Of a stretch of DNA of 64,000 bases, positions 51,901 to 60,048 are shown in pieces. Numbering within the stretch: position 1 is the first letter of the stretch; each line of letters starts with the position of its first letter. The notes beneath the pieces are model-generated. The model saw nothing but the letters and a program-made list of their open reading frames with translations. It was not told where the DNA came from and made no database searches. Source of the stretch: Verrucomicrobiia bacterium (GTDB taxonomy: Bacteria > Verrucomicrobiota > Verrucomicrobiia > Limisphaerales > UBA11358); assembly GCA_036489615.1 (NCBI GenBank), contig DASXFM010000185.1, forward strand, positions 274 through 64,273. Direction: 5' to 3'. A program made the position numbers and the translations under genes.

Positions 51901-52160
51901 CGGACGATCCGCAAGTGGCCAAGGCCCTGGCATTAATTCTTTTTCAGCGAGGTGATTACGTGCGCGCTGCGGATTTATTCAACACAATTTCTGATTCGAC
52001 TACTGCCGACGCCGAATTATTTTACTGCCTGGGCATTTCGGAATTCCGTCTAAAGAATTACACCGACAGCAGAAAATCGCTTCAGCATGCACTCACTTTG
52101 AACCTGTCGGGGCAGCAAGCAACTGATGCACGGCAAACGCTCGCTGAGTTGAATAATTAA
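48951..52160 (+). CDS. prsT: PEP-CTERM-system TPR-repeat lipoprotein (PrsT-like)
   Basis: Lipobox LMVAGAGC. 1069 aa of TPR repeats. The start overlaps the exosortase stop by 4 nt. Confidence 0.9.
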   Translation: MKKIQLLLMLFTVLLMVAGAGCSKAKKSYFLDRANRWFDSGQFDKAEIEYLNVIQVDPQNVQAVGRLGVIYFDEGRFQKAAPFLYKGSELDTNNMDLHMKLAQIYLAIGMLKEAHSESGFVLDRNPQDPDAPVLFAESVVKQNDIEAVQQRLHALAQNGDDAAVETALGMIASNQHDLKTALTDYHHAIAFDSHFAPAYVALGNSFWEQNDLKSAKAAFKAAADFAPPYSPLQLAYGKFEIQSGDFASAEGFFDDLTAKTPNYVPAWLGLAEVALNEKKLDDCSTALNKALAVDADNLDAQVLQARLDMARSDINKATSELERLVKMYPQASHVHYQLALAYVLENQPNKALNQSHEALDLDSHSIEAAFLLAQLELKTGDTDSAIDLLKQFVRNQPDLIQAKLLLAEAYRVQNNFNGALEIYQQLEQAFPKNPQIPLLAGATFIQQLNETAARQEFNRALAITPGNLDAQEELAQLDLADHQYATAQKRVEQIVTKNPQQAFPQILLAKIFLSKGETNQAITALSKASTLPEGSSADLLLAQLYSNSKQDQKALETLNVVLGNNPKDVGALMLVGLIQSDLKNYRAAADAYEKLLGIDPQYSPALNNLAWLYSDNLGDVNKAYDLAQHARQLLPADPATADTLGWVLFQKRQYPSALKLFQESANQLSDNAEVQFHVGIAHYMLMDEDAARSAFQRALNLNKEYSERSQCEDCLEILNIDPKTADAAAVGRLESQFSARPSDPIAFTKLAAIYQRDNNTAKAMALCETALKANPQNVNADLLLAQLCASSNPQRAFELAKAAYQLKPDDMQVCATLGRMAFLNGNDHWAYNLLAQASQNQPDNAQTLFDFANTAFCIGKISDAQTAMQSSLQDGLSISQSADAKNFLDLIAVCQNPEQAASAEPHVDSILSSSPNNAAALLAKAVIDTQNRNSFGAESGYEKLLSLHRDCTVAQKNLAILYAQNLVDPDKAYPVAVKAREAFPDDPQVAKALALILFQRGDYVRAADLFNTISDSTTADAELFYCLGISEFRLKNYTDSRKSLQHALTLNLSGQQATDARQTLAELNN

Positions 52161-52323
52161 GTCGTTTCTCGTGTAAGTTTTCGGAAAAATGTCGGCGGAT
52201 TTTACGGTGCCAAAAACGGTAATTCTCCTTTAGAATCAAGGGTCTCAACAAATTTTCTAAAACACGTCGGTAAAATTTACGATCCAGTGTTAAAACTGAT
52301 TCAAAATCCCGCACAAAACCTAG

Positions 52324-52339
52324 TGGCACTCCCTATGCT
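52324..52339 (+). promoter_or_regulatory. Sigma-54 type promoter of the PEP-CTERM protein gene
   Basis: TGGCAC-TCCCT-ATGCT, about 57 nt upstream of the ATG at 52396, with an AAGGAG Shine-Dalgarno in between. Confidence 0.7.
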
Positions 52340-52395
52340 TTAGATAAAAACTGACGATTGCAAAATACAAGGAAATCGAACAAGGAGTATGTAGT

Positions 52396-52986
52396 ATGAA
52401 AAGTAAATTGATTGGTATGGCGGCGACCGCAATGGTCGTCCTGGGTGTAGGTGGAATTGCTCAAGCGGTTCCGATTAGCGGCGACATCACCTTTGCTGGT
52501 GGCGTAACTCTCAACACTTCCTCGGCAGGAACTGCCGCTGAGGTTTTGAATTGGACTGGTCCCGGCGGCACAGGTTTGCCGCTTGTTATCAGCGATGACG
52601 GAAGCTTTTCCGGTATTGCGCCCGGTACAACGGCAACGTTTGCAAGTCCTTGGTTTTTCAACTCGGGATCGGTGACGGCGCTGTTCACAGTGGGTGGCTT
52701 TACGTATAACCTAACTTCATCACATATCATTTACCAAGGTGGGAACCCCGCCGGCGTGGTGGTGGACGGAATTGGCTCTATCTCGGGGAACGGCCTCGAC
52801 TCGGAAGCCATGGACTGGAGCTTCTCCACGTCCGATCCGTCCGCTCTCGGAGTAGATGCTGCGGTGTTCTCGTTTCAAGTGGCGGCAGGCACGACGGGAA
52901 CTGTTCCGGATGGTGGCACGACCGCGATGCTGCTGGGCTTGGGCGTCCTCGGGCTTGGCTTGCTGAAGAAACAGATCTTCGCTTAA
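52396..52986 (+). CDS. PEP-CTERM sorting-domain protein (exosortase substrate)
   Basis: Signal peptide. The C-terminus GTVPDGGTTAMLLGLGVLGLGLLKKQIFA carries a VPDGG variant of the PEP motif, a TM helix and a basic tail. Confidence 0.9.
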   Translation: MKSKLIGMAATAMVVLGVGGIAQAVPISGDITFAGGVTLNTSSAGTAAEVLNWTGPGGTGLPLVISDDGSFSGIAPGTTATFASPWFFNSGSVTALFTVGGFTYNLTSSHIIYQGGNPAGVVVDGIGSISGNGLDSEAMDWSFSTSDPSALGVDAAVFSFQVAAGTTGTVPDGGTTAMLLGLGVLGLGLLKKQIFA

Positions 52987-53013
52987 CCAAAGCATTGTCA
53001 GCACACAATTTTT

Positions 53014-53048
53014 GGGCGGGAAAATTTTCCCGCTCAAAATTTATTTTT
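53014..53048 (+). terminator. Candidate terminator
   Basis: Perfect palindrome GCGGGAAAATTTTCCCGC followed by a T-rich run (TCAAAATTTATTTTT). Confidence 0.5.
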
Positions 53049-53109
53049 CTCGACACGTCTTCAAGAGGTTTCAGTTCCAACCCGATCAACCGACGAACAC
53101 GAAACTCTT

Positions 53110-54471
53110 ATGAATCCAAAACTGCTCATCGTTGATGACGACGAAGAAATTCGCACACAAATGAAGTGGGCGTTGGCAAAGGATTATGAAATCCTCCTGG
53201 CCGGCGACCGGACTGAAGCAGTAGAAAAGTTTTCTACGGAAAAGCCTTCTTCAGTTTTGCTCGACCTTGGTTTACCGCCCCATCCGGGAAATCCTGAAGA
53301 AGGCCTGACAGCGCTATCCGAATTGCTGGCCATCGACCGGCTCGCCAAAATTGTCATTATCACAGGCCAAAATGAAAAAGAAATCGCCCTCCGTGCCATC
53401 GGCGCCGGTGCGTATGATTTTTTATGCAAACCGGTCCAGACGGAGGAACTCAATTTTCTTCTAAAGCGCTGCGTTCACGTCACGCAGTTAGAGAAGGAAT
53501 TTGCCTGGATACAGAGTTCTTTTGGCGGCGAACCCTTTGAAGGAATCCTTGGCGGCAGTCCTAAAATGCGACCAGTTTTCGAGATGATCCGCAAAGTGGC
53601 AACCACCGATGCCTCGGTGCTGATCCTTGGAGAAAGCGGTACGGGCAAGGAGATGGTGGCACGCGCGGTTCACAATAAAAGTGAGCGATGCGGCGGACCC
53701 TTTATCGCAATCAATTGCGGCGCCATCCCGGAAAATCTCCTGGAAAGTGAATTGTTTGGGCATGAGCGCGGCGCTTTCACGGGTGCCCATGTCCAGCGCC
53801 AAGGCAGGATCGAAACGGCCAACGGTGGAACATTGTTTTTAGACGAGATCGGCGAAATGCCAGCGCCATTGCAAGTGAAATTGCTCCGGTTTTTGCAGGA
53901 ACAAACTTTCACGCGAGTCGGCGGACGGGAGGAAATCCAGGTCAATGTTCGCGTCATCGCCGCAACGAATGCCGATCTGCAAAAGCACATGACCGAAGGC
54001 AAGTTTCGTGAAGACCTATTTTATCGGCTCGCGGTAGTGCAAGTTTTATTGCCGCCGCTGCGGGAGCGTGAAAATGACATTCAACTGCTGGCGAAATTTT
54101 TCTTACAGCATTTTGCTACGGATGCCAACAAACCTGACCTCGCCTTCGATACAGACGCCTTGCGCGCTTTGAACAAGCATCTCTGGCCTGGAAATGTGAG
54201 GGAGCTGGAAAATTGTATTCGCCGCGCGGTGATCATGGCCGATGGCAGGCGGGTAACGGCGCATGACCTGGAATTGAACGGCAATGGAATCAAAACCAAC
54301 GGCGCGGTGACCATGAAAGATGCACGCGAAGCGGTGGAGCGCCAGATGGTGCAGCAGGCATTGAGAAAATATTCCGGCAAAATTACGCCTGCAGCCGCAG
54401 AGCTTGGATTAAGCCGCCCGACTCTTTATGAGTTAATGGGAAAATTAGGAATCACTAAAGAAGCTGCCTAA
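53110..54471 (+). CDS. prsR: Sigma-54-dependent response regulator (NtrC family; PrsR-like PEP-CTERM-box regulator)
   Basis: REC with LLIVDDDEEIR..VLLDLGLPPHPGNPEEG..GAYDFLCKP. AAA+ domain with GESGTGKE and GAFTGA (GAFTGA loop). C-terminal HTH. Confidence 0.95.
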   Translation: MNPKLLIVDDDEEIRTQMKWALAKDYEILLAGDRTEAVEKFSTEKPSSVLLDLGLPPHPGNPEEGLTALSELLAIDRLAKIVIITGQNEKEIALRAIGAGAYDFLCKPVQTEELNFLLKRCVHVTQLEKEFAWIQSSFGGEPFEGILGGSPKMRPVFEMIRKVATTDASVLILGESGTGKEMVARAVHNKSERCGGPFIAINCGAIPENLLESELFGHERGAFTGAHVQRQGRIETANGGTLFLDEIGEMPAPLQVKLLRFLQEQTFTRVGGREEIQVNVRVIAATNADLQKHMTEGKFREDLFYRLAVVQVLLPPLRERENDIQLLAKFFLQHFATDANKPDLAFDTDALRALNKHLWPGNVRELENCIRRAVIMADGRRVTAHDLELNGNGIKTNGAVTMKDAREAVERQMVQQALRKYSGKITPAAAELGLSRPTLYELMGKLGITKEAA

Positions 54472-54475
54472 CGCC

Positions 54476-55603
54476 TCAGGAAGGCAAATCGTGAGAACCG
54501 TCGGCCCAGCTTTGTAGAAAGGCAAGTATCTCAGGGAAACTTCCGCTGCGGGCGGTGCGCACAAAAAACCCGGACACGGCTGCACCCAAGAGCAGGCTTT
54601 CTTCCACGGAAAGGCCAAGTAAGCTTCCAGTGAGCCAGCCTGAGTTAAAGCGATCACCAGCTCCCACGCTCCTGCGAGGCGCCGGACAATAGGGACCATT
54701 CACAGTCACCACGCCATTGACGGTCGCCCCTGTGGCTGATTTAATCAGATGGATGCCCACTTCTGAAATCTGCGCATGCGCGCGAAGTTCCAAAGCGAGA
54801 CGCTCCACATCGCGAAGTTCGTGCGAAGCTTCTGCGAGCCCTAATGCCCGGGCGATTTGGTTTGCTTCATTGCCATTCAGGCTGAGCGTGGTTGGGCCAA
54901 TCCTCTCGAAGCCCGCGAGTGCATCCAGCATGCCAATAAGATCGGCTGGAGCACGGCTGGCAGGGTCGGCCAGATCCAGAAAAAATCGCGGCCGCTGAGC
55001 AAGTCTTAAAAATATTTCTTTTTGCAAAAATTTCCAGCACTCCGTCATGTGCGGGTACACTGACCAACTGGTCAGCATAATACCCGCGGCCCGCTCACAG
55101 GCTTTCCGATAGTTACCGTCCGCCATCTGGCGGGCCAGATAATCCGGTGTAAAATCTGCGAAGTGACTGAATGAACAGAACATCAACTTACCATCCTTGA
55201 ATTCATAAACTATTGCCCGGCCAGGTTCCATACCCACGGGGTTCACCAGCCGGCATTTCGCACGAAATTCTTCAAAGACCGAATCCGGCGACCTGCCAAT
55301 ACCCGCAAAAGCGTCCATCGGAAATCCAAGGGTGGCAAGGCCATCCCCAGAATTGACCGCACACCCACCCGCAGCGCGGTGAAGGGTCACAAATTCCCGG
55401 AGGCCACTGCGGCCTGCCGAGGAGGTTGCCCATGTTCCAAACTCTTTAATGGTGGGTACTGGAATATAGGCTTTCGGGGAATTACGGGTGCCGACGACTT
55501 CGATAACCTCATCCACGAAAGCGTCGAATCCAGCGACGACAGGAAGTGAAGGCACAAGCGTGAGCCGGTCTTTCAACTTCGCTGCAAGTTCGAGGAGATT
55601 CAT
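54476..55603 (-). CDS. PfkB-family carbohydrate kinase
   Basis: 375 aa with the C-terminal GAGDRFNSGW motif (PfkB signature 2 type). Confidence 0.85.
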   Translation of the reverse strand: MNLLELAAKLKDRLTLVPSLPVVAGFDAFVDEVIEVVGTRNSPKAYIPVPTIKEFGTWATSSAGRSGLREFVTLHRAAGGCAVNSGDGLATLGFPMDAFAGIGRSPDSVFEEFRAKCRLVNPVGMEPGRAIVYEFKDGKLMFCSFSHFADFTPDYLARQMADGNYRKACERAAGIMLTSWSVYPHMTECWKFLQKEIFLRLAQRPRFFLDLADPASRAPADLIGMLDALAGFERIGPTTLSLNGNEANQIARALGLAEASHELRDVERLALELRAHAQISEVGIHLIKSATGATVNGVVTVNGPYCPAPRRSVGAGDRFNSGWLTGSLLGLSVEESLLLGAAVSGFFVRTARSGSFPEILAFLQSWADGSHDLPS

Positions 55604-55685
55604 TGAAGTCAGTTATAAAACAGTCCTGGCGCCTATTCCACAAGAAGAGTTACAAGGCACGAGCTTTGCGGTGGCCAGGGGGATG

Positions 55686-56264
55686 TTATTTTCGCGCTTC
55701 CCATAACAAACGCAGGACAGGCGGCTCATCTTCATCCACTTCAGGAAATCTTCCAATGTTCGAATCCACAAAAAAGTTATCATTCTGATCGTCATTGGCG
55801 GTGGACACTTCTCCGATAATCGCCTCTTCGCTTTCCGGCCAAAAGGCATGGTAAATTCCTGGCTCGATGGTGACCCGCTCACCGGGTTCCAAAACAATCG
55901 GTTCACCAGAACGAATCAGTACTTTCTCGCCATTCCGGAGAAGCGGGAAAGAATCTCCCTGGCGGGTTTGCCCAGGGTGTGACTTCCAAAGCTCAATGAC
56001 CAGGCGTCCGTTTCGGCAAATAATATCTTCCTTCTTCTTTCGATGGGTATGCATCGGCGTGACCTGACGGCATCGGGAATACATCAGTTTTTCACAATAT
56101 TCGGGCTGCTCGGTAAGGTTGAGTAAAACGAGGCCGATCTGATCGAAGTTACCCAATCCGCAGTCGGTGACGTCCCAACGCGGATTTGGCGGCAATGACC
56201 AGCCACTGTTTTGGAAGCAATTTTCTGCATTCTTTAGCGCCTGATTAATTTGTGATCGCTTCAT
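55686..56264 (-). CDS. D-lyxose/D-mannose isomerase-like cupin
   Basis: YCEKLMYSRCRQVTPMHTHRKKKEDIICRNGRLVIELW matches the D-lyxose ketol-isomerase family pattern. Confidence 0.85.
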   Translation of the reverse strand: MKRSQINQALKNAENCFQNSGWSLPPNPRWDVTDCGLGNFDQIGLVLLNLTEQPEYCEKLMYSRCRQVTPMHTHRKKKEDIICRNGRLVIELWKSHPGQTRQGDSFPLLRNGEKVLIRSGEPIVLEPGERVTIEPGIYHAFWPESEEAIIGEVSTANDDQNDNFFVDSNIGRFPEVDEDEPPVLRLLWEARK

Positions 56265-57571
56265 ATGGCCGAAACTTTCTTTGCATTAAATATTCTCTTG
56301 AAAATCTTACTACCGACAAATTGAGCTTGCCCCGACAATTGGTTTTCGATGCGAATAACTTCATTCCATTTGGCCATCCGTTCACTCCGGGAAAATGAAC
56401 CGACTTTGAGTTGGCCGGCATTGGTGGCCACGGCGAGATGGGTGATGAATGCGTCCTCGGTTTCGCCGGAACGGGCAGAGATTACCGGAAGCCAGCCGGC
56501 CTCCTGGGTTAAGCGAATCGCCTTTATGGTTTCAGTCACCGTGCCAATTTGGTTCAGCTTGATCAGCACGGCGTTGGCGATGCCTTTCTCGATACCCGCG
56601 TGGATACGCTGAAGATTCGTTGTGAACAGATCATCTCCAATAATCTGGAGCCGAGCACCAAGCCGCTGGAAAACCATCTGCCAGCCATCCCAATCAGTGT
56701 CCGCCATCGGGTCTTCGATAGAAATGATCGGATACCGATCACACCAATCTTCCAGCATAGCGGCGAATTCCGAATTGGAGAATTTTCTTTTTTCCAGCGA
56801 GAAACAATAGGTTCCCGTTTTTCCATCAAACAAATCACTCGCGGCAATATCCAAGGAAATTGCGGCGTCTTTCCTCGGTTCATAACCGGCCTGTTCGATA
56901 GCTTCGACCATCAATTGTAACGCTTCTTCGTTGGTTTTAAATTCCGGCCAATAACCACCTTCATCCGCCACGCCAAAAAACTTTCCGCGTTCTTTCAAAA
57001 TATCCCCGGCAGCATGATATACGTTATACGTAATTTCCATGACCTCTGCGAAATTGCGCGCGCCGGTAGCGATGAGTAAATAATCTTGCACATCCGTCCG
57101 CCAATTCGCATGGGCACCACCGCCGAGAATTTGGATCTCTGGCAACGGCAAAAGTTTCCCCGCACCGTGACCGAGATAAGCAAAAAGTGCTTCACCCCGT
57201 GCCGAGGCCGCCGCATTGGCAGCGGCCATGGAAACGGACAAAATCGCATTCGCACCGAGCTGGCTTTTGTTTTGGGTACCGTCGAGGGCGATCATGGCTT
57301 CGTCCAATGCGCCCTGGTCGAACACATCCCGCCCAACCAGAGCAGGCGCAATAATTTCCTGAACATTGGTCATGGCCTGGTAAACGGATTTGCCCCGGAA
57401 ACGTTTTGGGTCGCCATCGCGCAATTCCAAGGCTTCGAACTGGCCGGTGGAGGCACCGGAAGGCACGCTGCCACGACCGCGGATGCCGTTTTCGAGCGCC
57501 ACCTCCGTTTCAATGGTGGGATGACCACGCGAATCAAAAATCTGCCGAGCTGAAATGGAGGCTATTTTCAT
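56261..57571 (-). CDS. Enolase-family protein (divergent paralog)
   Basis: ISARQIFDSRGHPTIE..SGASTG.FEALELRD, ADEGGY, SIEDP, IGDDLF, LIKLNQIG. It has VISARSGETED where canonical enolase has SHRSGETED. Confidence 0.9.
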   Translation of the reverse strand: MKIASISARQIFDSRGHPTIETEVALENGIRGRGSVPSGASTGQFEALELRDGDPKRFRGKSVYQAMTNVQEIIAPALVGRDVFDQGALDEAMIALDGTQNKSQLGANAILSVSMAAANAAASARGEALFAYLGHGAGKLLPLPEIQILGGGAHANWRTDVQDYLLIATGARNFAEVMEITYNVYHAAGDILKERGKFFGVADEGGYWPEFKTNEEALQLMVEAIEQAGYEPRKDAAISLDIAASDLFDGKTGTYCFSLEKRKFSNSEFAAMLEDWCDRYPIISIEDPMADTDWDGWQMVFQRLGARLQIIGDDLFTTNLQRIHAGIEKGIANAVLIKLNQIGTVTETIKAIRLTQEAGWLPVISARSGETEDAFITHLAVATNAGQLKVGSFSRSERMAKWNEVIRIENQLSGQAQFVGSKIFKRIFNAKKVSAI

Positions 57572-58581
57572 TTTTTAAACACACTCAGTTCCTTAAACCA
57601 TGCATCGGTAATACGGCGCAGCGAGAATCTTTCATTCGGAAGTTCTGATGAAACAAAATCGCGAGTAAATTGTTGCCGGGGGGCATCCAGGTATTCAACG
57701 GGCGACTTGCCATCCATGCGAGCGAGCATCAGCATTAACAGCAGCCGAACAACGCGCGCCTCCAGTTCCGGCGAGGGCCGGGCCTTTTGATATTCGAACC
57801 AGAATTTTTCAATCATCCATCGCAGACAGACATCGCGCGGCACATGCAACAAGGACTTAAGGAAAAAATGATTTAGTAAAAACGCAAGATCAAAGGCAGG
57901 TTCCCCGTACCAAGCCACCTCGCAATCCAAGAGGACCATGAGATCGTTGCTCACAAGGATATTTTTCGGGCTGAAATCGCCATGGACCAGACATTCACGG
58001 ACACCAGACAGGCGTGCGACCTCGGCCTCAAATTGAGGTCGCAAGGCAGGATGCTTCATCCCAGTGGCCAGCAAAAACGGTTCAATCCGCAGTTGGAAAA
58101 AAATTTTCCCCGCGTCAAACAGATGCATCGCCTCTGTGTCTCCTGCTGAATGCCGGTGAATTTGGGCGAGAATTTCTCCGGCACGGCTTGCATGTTCCAA
58201 ATCGGTTTTGCCTGCGAGCAAAAGCTGCTTCCAATTCGAAAAGCCGCCGTTCAAATGCTCCATCGCAAAGTAATTGTTGGTGACGGAACACTGCCGAAGC
58301 GCCGGGACCGCATGCGGCAAAAATTTCGCAACATAGCGAATATATTGCCATTCATAGCAGTTGCGAACGATGTCGGCATACCAGTCCGCCTGGACGTTCA
58401 ACTTTGCCAATGCCCGTTTCACAACGAACCGGTCGGTGCCGTCTTCGACCAGGTAAATTTCACAGGACACGCCACCGCTTAACGGGGTAAGTCGCGCGTT
58501 GGGTGCGCGCACGACGCCATCACGCCGGAGCAATTCCAAAAAAGTTCCCGGTTCGTTCATCTCAAGCAAGCGGGCGGGCAA
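57568..58581 (-). CDS. APH/MtnK-like phosphotransferase (small-molecule kinase)
   Basis: CLVHGDFSPKNILV..LLDCEVAWYGEPAFDLAF (Brenner and DxD-like motifs). 4-nt overlap with the downstream gene. Confidence 0.85.
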   Translation of the reverse strand: MPARLLEMNEPGTFLELLRRDGVVRAPNARLTPLSGGVSCEIYLVEDGTDRFVVKRALAKLNVQADWYADIVRNCYEWQYIRYVAKFLPHAVPALRQCSVTNNYFAMEHLNGGFSNWKQLLLAGKTDLEHASRAGEILAQIHRHSAGDTEAMHLFDAGKIFFQLRIEPFLLATGMKHPALRPQFEAEVARLSGVRECLVHGDFSPKNILVSNDLMVLLDCEVAWYGEPAFDLAFLLNHFFLKSLLHVPRDVCLRWMIEKFWFEYQKARPSPELEARVVRLLLMLMLARMDGKSPVEYLDAPRQQFTRDFVSSELPNERFSLRRITDAWFKELSVFKK

Positions 58582-60043
58582 TCGTTTGCGAACGCAAGTA
58601 ATCGTTAAAGGTTTCAGGGCTGTTCACGCCACCACCAAAGCCGCTCAGGTTAATGCCGCCGTAGGGCAATCCATAAGCGAAGACGTTGTGGGCGTTAATC
58701 CAACTGTTGCCGGCAATCATCTGATCGGCGACGCGGCCAGCGCGCTTGAGGTCGGTGCTCCACACACTATTTGCCAGGCCGTAGGCGAGCTGGTTAACGA
58801 GGTCGATGGCAGCGTTTTCATCCTTAAACTTGAGCAGAAACGCGCTGGGCCCAAAGATCTCTTCGCGACAGCAAATATTTTCCGGAGAACCGGCGAGCAA
58901 ACTCGGTTGGACATAAAAACCGCCTTCATATCCTCGGGGCGCGATAGTTCCGCCGGGTAGAATTGCCTCAGCGCCCTGCTTCACACCATTTTCCAAATAG
59001 CGCTGGACACGCCGGCGTTGGGCTTCACTCACGAGCGGACCCATTTGGGTTTCGCGCTGTGGACCGGGACCAGTTTTAGTTCCTTTCAACGCGGCGGCTG
59101 CCTTGTCCACGAAGCGATCATAAATTTTTTCGTGGATAAGCCATCGCGTGGCCGTACAGCAAACCTGCCCGGTGTTCAAAGTAATGGCTCCGGCCAGCTT
59201 TTGGGCTGCCGAATCGACGTCCACATCATCAAAGACTATTGCGGCACCCTTGCCGCCGAGTTCCAATTTGCAGGGAACCAGATTGCGCCCGCAGGCTTCA
59301 CCAATTTTTTTGCCGACTTCGGGTGAACCCGTAAAGGACATGCGCTTAATTTTGGAGTGCGCGGCCAAGGCTGCGCCTGCCGATGAACCATCGCCCATCA
59401 CCACATTGATGACGCCGTCGGGGATACCTGCCTCTGCCGCCAGTTTTGCGGCGAAAAGAGAACTCAAGGGTGTCACCTCTGAAGGTTTGACGACAACTGT
59501 GTTGCCAGCTGCCAGGGCTGGCGCGATGCCCCAGAGCAGGAGCGTGAACGGAAAATTCCATGGAAAGACGAAGCCGCACACGCCATAAGGCGCGCGATGA
59601 ACACGCGCTTCGATATTTTTCAGCGCCAGCGGAATATCATAGTACGCTTGTGTCGAGAGGTTCGCGAAATAGCGCAGGCATTCGATGCCAAACGGTATAT
59701 CAAAGCCTTCCGTCGCGGTGATGGCTTTACCTACATCCAGCGATTCCAGCAACGCGAGATCGGCAGAATGCTTTTCCAATTGTTCTGCGAAACGATGTAG
59801 TTTTATGGCACGTTCATTAGCAGAAAGCGCTGACCAAGTTGGAAATGCTTTCCAGGCGACTCCTATGGCTTCGTCAATTTCCGCGGCACCTCCCATGGCG
59901 ACTGTGGCCAAGATTGTACCATCGGAGGGATTGAGGACCTGCGCCGTAGCATTACCAGCACCAGAGCTCCAACATCCACCAATAAAATGCTGAAGAGGGA
60001 CGCTTAAAAACCCGGCGACGTTTTTGGTGAGTTGAGTATCCAT
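58562..60043 (-). CDS. NAD(P)+-dependent aldehyde dehydrogenase
   Basis: FPWNFP, SFTGSPEVGKKI, ELGGKGAAIVFDD, QVCCTATR (catalytic Cys region), EEIFGP. Confidence 0.95.
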   Translation of the reverse strand: MDTQLTKNVAGFLSVPLQHFIGGCWSSGAGNATAQVLNPSDGTILATVAMGGAAEIDEAIGVAWKAFPTWSALSANERAIKLHRFAEQLEKHSADLALLESLDVGKAITATEGFDIPFGIECLRYFANLSTQAYYDIPLALKNIEARVHRAPYGVCGFVFPWNFPFTLLLWGIAPALAAGNTVVVKPSEVTPLSSLFAAKLAAEAGIPDGVINVVMGDGSSAGAALAAHSKIKRMSFTGSPEVGKKIGEACGRNLVPCKLELGGKGAAIVFDDVDVDSAAQKLAGAITLNTGQVCCTATRWLIHEKIYDRFVDKAAAALKGTKTGPGPQRETQMGPLVSEAQRRRVQRYLENGVKQGAEAILPGGTIAPRGYEGGFYVQPSLLAGSPENICCREEIFGPSAFLLKFKDENAAIDLVNQLAYGLANSVWSTDLKRAGRVADQMIAGNSWINAHNVFAYGLPYGGINLSGFGGGVNSPETFNDYLRSQTIARPLA

Positions 60044-60048
60044 ATGAA

